DNA of 64,000 nucleotides, from IMG/VR virus record IMGVR_UViG_3300049135_000064. One strand, given 5' to 3'. The position numbers were made by a program, and so were the translations under genes. Positions 56,701 through 64,000 of this stretch are shown here, piece by piece. The first letter of the stretch is position 1. Each line of letters starts with the position of its first letter. The notes beneath the pieces were generated by a model. That model was given only the letters and a program-made list of their open reading frames with translations. It searched no databases and was not told the DNA's origin. Origin of the DNA: an uncultured virus (IMG/VR IMGVR_UViG_3300049135_000064). Lineage: Duplodnaviria; Heunggongvirae; Uroviricota; Caudoviricetes.

Positions 56701-58465
56701 GATCGCCACCGCCATCGGCGGGTTCATCGACTTCGTCAAGGGCCTGTTCGGCATCGCCTCCCCGTCGACGGTCTTCATGGAAATCGGCACGTTCCTGATC
56801 GAGGGCCTGATTCAGGGCATCCAGAACATGATCGGTTTCCTCGTCGAGGTGTTCACCACCATCGGCACCGCGATCCTCGACGCCGTCACCGCCTTCGTCA
56901 CCAATGTGGTGTCGTTCTTCTCGACCGCGTGGAACGGGCTGGTGACGATCGTGACCACGGTGTGGACCGCGATCCAGACCGCCATCCAGACCGCCATCAC
57001 CTTCATCCAGACCATCATCACCACCATCTTCACCGCGATCAGCGCCTACATCGGGCTCGCCATCGCGGGCTGGCAGCTGATCATCACCACCGTCTGGAAC
57101 GCGATCAAGACCGTGGTCTCCAACGCGGTCACCGGCGTGCAGACCGTCGTCACCAACGTGTTCAACGCCGTCTCGACGTTCATCCAGATGATCTGGACCG
57201 GGATCAAGGTCTACTTCGGCGTCGCCATGGCGCTGATCCGCATGGTCATCACCACCGCGTGGAACAACATCAAGACCAACATCACCAACACCATCAACAA
57301 CATCAAGGCGGTCATCACCACGGTCTGGAACGCCGTGAAGTCCTTCCTGTCCACCACGCTGAACAACATCAAGACCGGGGTCACCACGGCCTGGAACAAC
57401 ATCAAGACCAATGTCACGAACACCGTCAACGCGGTGAAGACCTTCCTGACCAATACGTGGAACAACATCAAGACCGCGGTCACGAACGCGGTGAACGGCG
57501 CGAAGTCGAACATCACCACCGCATGGAACAACGTGAAGTCCACGACCAACTCCGTCATCGGCGCGGTGAAGACGTTCCTGTCCAATACGTGGAACGGGAT
57601 CAAGACCACGATCACGAACGCAGTGAACGGGGCCAAGTCCAACATCACCACCGCGTTCAACAACGCGAAGTCCAGCGTCACCAACATCGTCAACGGCATC
57701 GTCGATTTCGTCCGCGGCATCCCGGGCAAGTTCCTCTCCGCCATCTCCGGGGTCTCCCAGCTGGCGGGCAAGCTCGGCGGCTACGTGCAGCAGGCCAGGA
57801 CCGCGGTCTCCAACAAGTTCTCCGAAGTGGTCTCCTACGTCTCGGGCATCCCGGGCCGGATCCTCTCCGCGCTGGGTAACCTCGGCTCCACCCTCTACAC
57901 CGCCGGTACGCAGGTGATTTCCGGGTTCATGAACGGCATCGGCTCGATGGCCGGCTCGCTGATTTCCAAGGCCACGGGCGTGGTGTCCGGCGCAATCAAC
58001 GCCGCGAAGAACCTGCTCAACCTCGGCTCGCCGTCGAAGCTGTTCCACCAGTTCGGTGTCTGGACCGGCGAGGGCCTCGTCGGCGGCCTCGACGCGATGG
58101 CCCGCCCGGTCGCGGACGCCGCGGAGAAGATGGCGGCGGCGACGACGGAGGCGTTTGCCTCCTCCAAGATGCGCGTCGCCGGGCAGGACGCCGGGCGCGG
58201 GCTGGCGGACGGGCTGCTGGCTTCCAAGTCCGCGATCGCCGGTGCCTACAAGACGCTGACCACCGGCTCGATCAGCGCCACCATCGGCACCACCGGGCAG
58301 ATCGCCATGAAGCCGGATGTACATACATCCGCGCCGGTCGTCCCGCCGGGGAAGTCGATCACCATCGAGTCCGGCGCGATCCAGCTGTCCACCCAGTCCA
58401 AGAACCCGGAGACCAGCGCGCACATCCTGCTCGACGAACTGGCCAGCTACGCGAGGATCGGATAG
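53789..58465 (+). CDS. Tape measure protein
   Basis: 1558 aa; VGDAYIEV N-terminus; W/F-periodic 11-residue repeats; GIASPS and LGSPSK motifs. Confidence 0.95.
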   Translation: MATKVGDAYIEVHGDLSRFRKDLNKAAKAGREAGAESAESFWDGWNRRSEKEWTDQWQGLLDAMYSGKKVDWEKALGRLDSDDLDAARNKMYDLVEEAENFNKVTDEGEKEDQERYGKLIDAIDAAVDSVKKQRKIEGQLAADRKMWERAHLTMMANKAAFEDDFNRDYAAAVRENMRFDKNAAAERVRLAKEAAQAEVDRLAKVKAAMETYKRSWVGMIKASKEARIEKDIQKIVDAWERADWSGMTKGAKDLDVLGARVRNTIKTMEDMGRVSTETAEQIRKSISHHLNDEENRRLAIIKTKEEAERYKKSLVGLSDAHKDATTVKEWKALAAAIGSMDFSKIAKGHKNWKSLEDQIRKTAAAAEQMGIATKADLDTISVHTQRAKNNMRQFNVELSNGFKLANPLKGIFEKMSTSWARMDDTVRTVLTLIATGAGPMATLGSGLAGSVTAIASSIGMAAAALIPLATGVVGLGAAAGLAVTSWDEVVKHLPRINTSLKDIGATWTEQASIFGREWRETIDELLHEFSTGFAKYDFGEPFGIAAAEITNAFRGIVTGGPFAAFMEQMETNIPTATAGLGVGFAGVFSTLISLLAGAAPVAAELGTMFGEWGTKLAEATEKARETGVLQTVFEKARDSLVAVLDLAGSIGNALGTLFMLGADSGNRMLGVLTGLVDKFNAWMQSEAGRATMLEWFQNAETIMGALGPVIGSVATALAGLVTPESITQFSDLMTGVSEFIPILGELLGAISALGIFNTLAALLNTVGAALEPLLPPLKTLLTALGEGMRGAITALSPLFASIGAALAPVIQHFAEIAQRVGPKVVELFGKVSEALSPVIDVVGQVAGALLGFIGPILGDLLIGIIEAAIDVIDGLIGIFKGLGDIVAGVVQIFQGDFAGGMATVWDGVVQVFTGAVTALWGIVRLWVVGKLIGGLKAAFSGLGGWLGGIAKNLWTGFINGIKSGWAVITAAIATAIGGFIDFVKGLFGIASPSTVFMEIGTFLIEGLIQGIQNMIGFLVEVFTTIGTAILDAVTAFVTNVVSFFSTAWNGLVTIVTTVWTAIQTAIQTAITFIQTIITTIFTAISAYIGLAIAGWQLIITTVWNAIKTVVSNAVTGVQTVVTNVFNAVSTFIQMIWTGIKVYFGVAMALIRMVITTAWNNIKTNITNTINNIKAVITTVWNAVKSFLSTTLNNIKTGVTTAWNNIKTNVTNTVNAVKTFLTNTWNNIKTAVTNAVNGAKSNITTAWNNVKSTTNSVIGAVKTFLSNTWNGIKTTITNAVNGAKSNITTAFNNAKSSVTNIVNGIVDFVRGIPGKFLSAISGVSQLAGKLGGYVQQARTAVSNKFSEVVSYVSGIPGRILSALGNLGSTLYTAGTQVISGFMNGIGSMAGSLISKATGVVSGAINAAKNLLNLGSPSKLFHQFGVWTGEGLVGGLDAMARPVADAAEKMAAATTEAFASSKMRVAGQDAGRGLADGLLASKSAIAGAYKTLTTGSISATIGTTGQIAMKPDVHTSAPVVPPGKSITIESGAIQLSTQSKNPETSAHILLDELASYARIG

Positions 58466-58468
58466 CCC

Positions 58469-59698
58469 ATGTACGACGGATACCTGCTGTTCAACGAGAC
58501 GGAGCTGATCAACAAGGGACGCACCGCCGCGTACCTCCGGGCGAACTTCCCCTTCCTCGACGTCAAGTGCAAGGCCGACTACCTGCACCACGCGCTGGCC
58601 CAGTCCGCGTACGTCTCCCCCGCCGCGGACGCCGCCCCGTGGTACCGCTCGTCCGTCCCGCACACCGGGGAGTTCTACGGTTTGTTCCCCTCCGGCGTCG
58701 ACGGCGACCAGGACTCCAGCCGCGAGGTCACCGTCACGGAGCTGGCCAACGACGGCGCGATCCAGTCGCTGCCCCGGCACGGGTCCAAGGAGGTCCGGGT
58801 GCGGGCGACGATGTTCGCCAAGACCGAGCGCGGCATGGCCGCCGGGCTGGCATGGCTGCGCTCGGTCCTCGACGACGCCCCGTGCGGGCCCCGGGACTGG
58901 AACTGCGCGGGCCGGGAGCTGCGCTTCTACACCGCCGACCCGTCCAATGCGGACGCAACGGCGGCGCGGGCGAACCACCGCGCCTATCTGCGGACCATGT
59001 TCCGGGTGGAGCCGCTGGAAGGCCCGCGCGTGGTGTACCAGCGCAAAAGCCCGCGCGGCGTGCACATGGCGGAGGTCGAGTTCATCTTCACCGTCGGCCT
59101 GCCGTGGCAGTTCACCATCCAGGAACCTGCCGCCACCACCTCCGGGGTGTCCGCCGCCGCGGCGTCCGAGGTGTTCTGCCCGCGCCGCACCGACTCCTAC
59201 GACGACCTCGTCACGGACCCGACGCAGCCCGCCGTGGTGCGCCCGCCGCGCCCGCCGGAGATTGCGCCGCTGGCGATGCCGACCGAATGGTCGCGCTACC
59301 AGATGACCATCGGCACCACCTTCGGGCACCGGCACGGGCGGGTCATCCCGCAGGTGCACGTGATCACCGGGGCGGTGGACCGCCGCCAGCTGCGGGTGCG
59401 CTTCTACCGGGACGGCCACGACGGGGACTGCGACTTCGAGGGCGAGTTCTACGTCACCTACGTGCCTGCCGATTCCGTCCTCAGCATCGACGCCGTCGAC
59501 CGCACCGTCATGCTCTCCGTCGGCGGGGCGACCGGCGTCGGGGAGTCCAAGCCCGCCGCGAACCTCGTCGTCGGCTCCAACGGCCGCCCGCCGAAGTGGC
59601 CGTCGATGGCCTGCAACAGCTCGTACAAGGTCATCGTCGACGCGGCCGGCGGACTCAACGGCACCACCGTGCTCACCGACGTCATGATCAGGGAGTAG
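58469..59698 (+). CDS. Minor tail protein (distal tail-like)
   Basis: Follows the tape measure; GYL..NE.ELIN..RT.AY...APWY...EFYG. Confidence 0.8.
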   Translation: MYDGYLLFNETELINKGRTAAYLRANFPFLDVKCKADYLHHALAQSAYVSPAADAAPWYRSSVPHTGEFYGLFPSGVDGDQDSSREVTVTELANDGAIQSLPRHGSKEVRVRATMFAKTERGMAAGLAWLRSVLDDAPCGPRDWNCAGRELRFYTADPSNADATAARANHRAYLRTMFRVEPLEGPRVVYQRKSPRGVHMAEVEFIFTVGLPWQFTIQEPAATTSGVSAAAASEVFCPRRTDSYDDLVTDPTQPAVVRPPRPPEIAPLAMPTEWSRYQMTIGTTFGHRHGRVIPQVHVITGAVDRRQLRVRFYRDGHDGDCDFEGEFYVTYVPADSVLSIDAVDRTVMLSVGGATGVGESKPAANLVVGSNGRPPKWPSMACNSSYKVIVDAAGGLNGTTVLTDVMIRE

Positions 59699-59701
59699 CC
59701 C

Positions 59702-60835
59702 ATGGCATTGTTCTGCGACCTCCACTCGGCCCGCATCTACGACCGCGGCGGGGAGCGGCTGATCGGCTCGCTGGGCAACCTCTCCCGCGTGAAGTGGGAG
59801 CGGCTGCGCGACGACATCTCCCAGGCCACCGTGTACATCGCGGCCCGCAGCGTGGACTGCGACACCACGCTGGGCCTGTCGGCGGCGGGGCGGCACGAGC
59901 TGGTGATCTTCCGCGGCAACGAGCGGGTCTGGGAGGGCCCGATCACGCACATCGCCTACACCAAGAACACGGTGGAGCTGACCGCCCGCGACGTCGGGCA
60001 CTACCCGTACCGGGCGTTCATGACGCAGGAGTACGACAACACCTATCCGAACATCGGCACCGTCACCGCCCGGATGAAGCGGATCCTGGAAACGGAGATG
60101 GTGCGGTTCGAGGCCCAGGACCCGCCGATCAACTTCCTGCCGCATCTGGTGGTGCACGAGGACCCGGGCAACGCCGGGACATCCGCGCACACGCTGCCGT
60201 ACGAGATGACGGTCTACGAGCACCTCGACAACTTCGCGGCCCGCGGCGGGCTGGACTACACGTGCGTGGGCCGGTCCATGCACCTGTGGGACGTGCACAA
60301 GCAGAAGATGGGCAAGACCGCGCCGATCACCGAGGAGGATTTCATCGGCGAGGTCGTGATCACCGAGTACGGCATGGAGCTGGCCACCGTGTCCGCGATC
60401 ACGGACGGCAAGGGCCGGGCGGGCATCGCCGGGGCGGCCGACCCCTACTACGGGCTGGTGGAAGTCCTCGACACCGCCTACGACGAGGCCACCGGCGACG
60501 AGTGGGACACCGCGGACGGCGTGGCCGGGGAGCCCGAGCCGCCCTCTGTGGCGGAGATGAAGTCACAGGCCCAGCGCGTACTGGCCGGTAGAAACCCTAC
60601 GCCCATCGTTGTCCGGGTTCCCGACAATTCCACCCTGAATCCGCTCGGAGTATTGACGATAGCGGACCTTGTACCCGGGGTAATGATCCCGCTGCAGGCG
60701 AATTTGCCGGGTCGTGCTCTGTCACAGCTGCAGAAGCTGGATAGAGTGACGGTAGAAGAAACCGGAGAAGGGGAGACTATCCAGGTTGTTTTGTCTCCTG
60801 CACCGGTTGAGGGCAGCAATGAGGAGGATACCTAG
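59702..60835 (+). CDS. Minor tail protein (baseplate hub-like)
   Basis: V.WERLRDDISQA...HELVIFR..ERVWEGPI...LVPG. Confidence 0.8.
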   Translation: MALFCDLHSARIYDRGGERLIGSLGNLSRVKWERLRDDISQATVYIAARSVDCDTTLGLSAAGRHELVIFRGNERVWEGPITHIAYTKNTVELTARDVGHYPYRAFMTQEYDNTYPNIGTVTARMKRILETEMVRFEAQDPPINFLPHLVVHEDPGNAGTSAHTLPYEMTVYEHLDNFAARGGLDYTCVGRSMHLWDVHKQKMGKTAPITEEDFIGEVVITEYGMELATVSAITDGKGRAGIAGAADPYYGLVEVLDTAYDEATGDEWDTADGVAGEPEPPSVAEMKSQAQRVLAGRNPTPIVVRVPDNSTLNPLGVLTIADLVPGVMIPLQANLPGRALSQLQKLDRVTVEETGEGETIQVVLSPAPVEGSNEEDT

Positions 60836-60837
60836 AC

Positions 60838-63800
60838 GTGTCTACGCCACCTCGGGATCTGCGCGAATGGATGCGGACGGTAGAGCGTAAGCTTGCCGCC
60901 GCCTCGCGCTCTGGTAACTCCTCTGTAGCCGCCAAAGCACAGCAGGAGTTCGAGAAAGTCCGGCAGGAAATACTGGATAAGGCACCGGACGACCGGACTC
61001 CGGCCAAGCCTGTAGAACTCACTGTCCAGACTTCACTGGATACCAACGCCAACGGCACACCCTTCGGGCGGGTATTCATAGACTTCCCGCCCGTCATCTA
61101 CGCTACCGACGGCACCAACATCGAAATCGAGCAGTACGAACTGTGGGGGCGGCAGGTCACCCTCTGGGACGGGCAGGGCGCGGGCCCGGCATGGTCGCTG
61201 TGGGCATCCTCCGCCAATTCGGAGCTGACGTACGAACCGTTCAAGGTCGGCCTCGACTGGGAGTTCCGCGTCCGCGCCATGGGCAAGACCACCGTGCTGC
61301 CCGGCGAATGGTCCTCCACCCTGTACGTGAACATCGGCGTCGACACCACCCCGCCGCCGATCCTGCCCGCCCCGGCGCTGAGCCAGTCGCTCGGCGTCGT
61401 CACGCTCGACTGGAACGGACTCGGGGCCACCGGCGGCGGGATGCCCGCCGACTACCGGCACACCGAAATCGCCGTCGGGTCCGTCTCCCCGCCGGACACC
61501 GTGATCAACACGCGGCTGCAGGGCGCGGGCTCCGTCCCGTTCGTCGGCCTGCCCTACAACGTGCCCACCTACTTCCGCATCCGCGCCGTCGACTGGTCGG
61601 GCAACAAGTCGCCGTGGTCGGCCGTCTCCGACATCACGGTGCAGCCGCTGGTCTCCGGCGACATTTCCGGCCTCGACACCACGCTGGCCGATCAGGTCCA
61701 GCGCGCCGAGAACGCCGAGGCCGCCGCCGCCCAGGCGCTGGCCGACGCGCAGGCAGCGCACGCCGCCGCCGTCGCCGCGCAGGAAGCCGCCGAAGCCGCC
61801 GACGGGCGGGCCGACTCCTCCGAACTGTCCGCCCTGCAGGCAGCCGCCGACGCGGCGGCGGCACAGTCGGCAGCCTCAGCGGCGCAGGCCGAAGCGGCAC
61901 AGGCGCAGGCGGACGCGGAAAACGCCCGGCTCGCCGCCGTGCAGGCCGAGGCCGACGCCGCCCAGTCGCTGTCTGACCTGCAGGCCTACATGGACTACTC
62001 CGGCCGGGTGATCCAGTCCGAGACCGAACCCGGCGTCGACGACCAGTCGCCGAACAACCTGTGGATCAAGCCGTCCACGGGCGAAACGTTCGTCTGGAAA
62101 ACCGACCCCGACACCGGGGCCTCCTCGTGGGTGGAGGTCGAAAACGCCGACTACGCCGCAGCCGCCGCCAACGCTGCCGCCGCGCAGAACGCCGCCGAAA
62201 CCGCCCGCGACGCCGCCACCGCAGCCGAAGCCAACGCCACCGCGTCCGCCGACCGCGCCGCCGCAGCCGAAGCCTCCGCCGCAACGCTGGAGACGCAGGC
62301 CGCGGACTCGCTGGCCGCAGCCCAGGCGGCGCAGGCCGCAGCCGACACCGCGCAGGCAGCGGCAACAGCGGCGGAAACCCGGGCCACCGAAGCGGAAGCC
62401 AACGCCGCCGCCGCGCAGACCTCCGCCGACCAGTCCTACACGGACCTGCAGGCCGCCATCGGGGCCAGCGCACAGATCGTGCGGCAGGAGCTGCCGCCGG
62501 AGGGGGACCTCCAGCGCAACGGGGTGCTGTGGATCAAGGACTCCACCGGGGAATCCTTCACGTGGCACGACGTCGAACTCGTGTGGAAGCTGGTCGACAA
62601 CGTCCGCATCGCGCAGATGGCTTTCGACGCGGACGCCGCAGCGGACGCCGCCGAAGCCTCCCGGGTGGCAGCCGAGGGGGCGCGCACCGAAGCCGACGCC
62701 GCAGCAGCCGAGGCCGCCACGGCGCAGTCCAACGCCGCCGCCGCCCAGACCGCGGCCCAGACCGCCGAGTCCCGGGCCGCCGCAGCGGAAGCGGACGCAC
62801 TGGCCGCGCAGACCGCAGCCGAGACCGCGCAGGCCAACGCCGCCGCAGCCGAGGCCCGCGCCGTCGACGCCGAAGCCAGCGCCGACCAGTCCCTGGCCAA
62901 CCTCAACACCTACATCGCCACCGCCGGGCAGATCATCCGGCAGGAAACCGAGCCCACCGGCGACCTCGCCCGCGCCGGGGTGCTGTGGATCAAGGACTCC
63001 ACCGGCCAGTCCTTCACCTACGACACGACCGCCGCGATGTGGGTCGAGGTCGAGAACGAGGTCTACGCCCAGGCCGCCCGCGACGCCGACGCGGCAGCGG
63101 ACCGGGCCGAAGCGGCGGAAGCGGCAGCGGTGCTCGCGGAGGCGGACGCCGCAGCCGCCCAGTCAGCGGCCGACACGGCGGCAGCGACCGCAGCAGCCGC
63201 CGAATCCGACGCCGCAGCGGCACAGGCGGCAGCCGAAGCGGCGCAGTCCGCGGCCACCACCGCGCAGAACAACGCCGCCGCATCCCAGACCGCCGCCGAA
63301 GCGGCCGAGCAGACCGCCATCGCCGCCGACGCCAAGGCCGACGCCGCCGAGGTGAAGGCGCTCGAAGCCGCCGGGGTCGCCGCCGGGAAGGGGCAGGTCT
63401 GGACGCAGCCGGACACCCCGCCCAACGGCGTCACCTACAGCTGGACCGGCGCGGTCAACGGCTCGGTCTCCAAGAAGTACGACGCCGACGGGGTCGAGGT
63501 CGGAACCAACCTTGCCAAGCGTTCCGACGCGATGATCGGCGTGGCGGGCGGCTGGTTCGCCGCCGGGACGGGCTTCACCCTCGCCTACGCCGGGTGGCTT
63601 TCCAACCGGGGCGCAAGCGTCCTGAAGTTCACCAAGACCGCCCTCTCCGGGGCCGTGTCGGTGCGCACCCCGACCGCCGACATCATCCGCGACACCCCCG
63701 TGACGTTCCAGATGCAGGTCCGCTCCAACGTCGACATCACCGTCCAGCTGCGCGTCCGCACCTACCCCACCGGCAGCCAGACCATCTCGCACGAGTCGAC

Positions 63801-64000
63801 CGCGACCAACGTCACGCTCAAGGCCAAGACCTGGACGTTCATCAGCCGCACCTACACCATCCCCGCCAGCGCCACCGGCGACCAGATGGGCCTCGTGCTC
63901 TGGCACGGCGGCAACGTGCTGTTCCAGATCGAGGTGACCGACCCGATGATCGAGACCGGGTCCGTGCGCAGCGACCCTTTCAGCGGCTCCCGCCCGGACG
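60838..64000 (+). CDS. Giant tail fibre / minor tail protein, N-terminal part (3'-truncated; absent from the ORF track)
   Basis: GTG after GAGGAGG; open to the window end; FN3-like domains (EFRVRAM...WS, FRIRAVDWSGNKSPWS), then Ala-rich coils alternating with LWIKxSTG knob repeats. Confidence 0.85.
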   Translation, partial: MSTPPRDLREWMRTVERKLAAASRSGNSSVAAKAQQEFEKVRQEILDKAPDDRTPAKPVELTVQTSLDTNANGTPFGRVFIDFPPVIYATDGTNIEIEQYELWGRQVTLWDGQGAGPAWSLWASSANSELTYEPFKVGLDWEFRVRAMGKTTVLPGEWSSTLYVNIGVDTTPPPILPAPALSQSLGVVTLDWNGLGATGGGMPADYRHTEIAVGSVSPPDTVINTRLQGAGSVPFVGLPYNVPTYFRIRAVDWSGNKSPWSAVSDITVQPLVSGDISGLDTTLADQVQRAENAEAAAAQALADAQAAHAAAVAAQEAAEAADGRADSSELSALQAAADAAAAQSAASAAQAEAAQAQADAENARLAAVQAEADAAQSLSDLQAYMDYSGRVIQSETEPGVDDQSPNNLWIKPSTGETFVWKTDPDTGASSWVEVENADYAAAAANAAAAQNAAETARDAATAAEANATASADRAAAAEASAATLETQAADSLAAAQAAQAAADTAQAAATAAETRATEAEANAAAAQTSADQSYTDLQAAIGASAQIVRQELPPEGDLQRNGVLWIKDSTGESFTWHDVELVWKLVDNVRIAQMAFDADAAADAAEASRVAAEGARTEADAAAAEAATAQSNAAAAQTAAQTAESRAAAAEADALAAQTAAETAQANAAAAEARAVDAEASADQSLANLNTYIATAGQIIRQETEPTGDLARAGVLWIKDSTGQSFTYDTTAAMWVEVENEVYAQAARDADAAADRAEAAEAAAVLAEADAAAAQSAADTAAATAAAAESDAAAAQAAAEAAQSAATTAQNNAAASQTAAEAAEQTAIAADAKADAAEVKALEAAGVAAGKGQVWTQPDTPPNGVTYSWTGAVNGSVSKKYDADGVEVGTNLAKRSDAMIGVAGGWFAAGTGFTLAYAGWLSNRGASVLKFTKTALSGAVSVRTPTADIIRDTPVTFQMQVRSNVDITVQLRVRTYPTGSQTISHESTATNVTLKAKTWTFISRTYTIPASATGDQMGLVLWHGGNVLFQIEVTDPMIETGSVRSDPFSGSRPD

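Larger units (their letters stand above)
5454..58330. repeat. Dispersed 16-bp palindrome GGAYGTA-CA-TACRTCC, 28 copies
   Basis: Starts at 5454, 6351, 7563, 9203, 11218, 12897, 15142, 17293, 18313, 18725, 19055, 20308, 21059, 22399, 23803, 24870, 26514, 27400, 27541, 27734, 28141, 28382, 29452, 29508, 37759, 43802, 53758, 58315. Confidence 0.95.

Noticed and set aside
5456..58508. ORFs starting MYIHP/MYIRP/MYVRP/MYVHP
   Set aside because: Starts created by the ATG inside the palindrome; no RBS, and they overlap real genes.
53944..60298. Very long alternative-frame and antisense ORFs (1311 aa, 1857 aa; likewise 43059-45875)
   Set aside because: Shadow ORFs caused by high GC3 in the tape measure, tail and head genes.

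Overview
The window holds most of the genome of a high-GC, tailed (siphovirus-type) actinobacteriophage, opened inside its giant tail-fibre gene. The rightward arm (about 29.9-64 kb, continuing at 1-6.25 kb) carries small genes, a ParB-like protein, TerS, a nuclease, a small serine resolvase, TerL, portal, a MuF/protease fusion, two capsid proteins, major tail, endolysin, head-tail genes, tail chaperone, tape measure, minor tails, the giant fibre and membrane/holin genes. The leftward arm (6.3-29.4 kb) carries RusA-like, Cas4-like exonuclease, Rad52-like annealase, HNH, primase-helicase, an initiator with an internal origin, SSB, DUF932, DUF4192 and many small early genes. I recognised no DNA polymerase, large integrase, tRNA or CRISPR array. 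The most striking feature is a genome-wide 16-bp palindrome, GGAYGTA-CA-TACRTCC (28 copies counted by eye). Its asymmetric 2-bp centre follows the direction of transcription, it punctuates the early genes like cassette borders, and it also sits in-frame inside structural genes as the peptide DV(H/D)TS. A second strand-biased motif (GCTACCAC), a small serine recombinase with a palindrome copy upstream, and a stand-alone Hin-type HTH protein may belong to the same system. All functional calls come from motif recognition by eye, not database searches.
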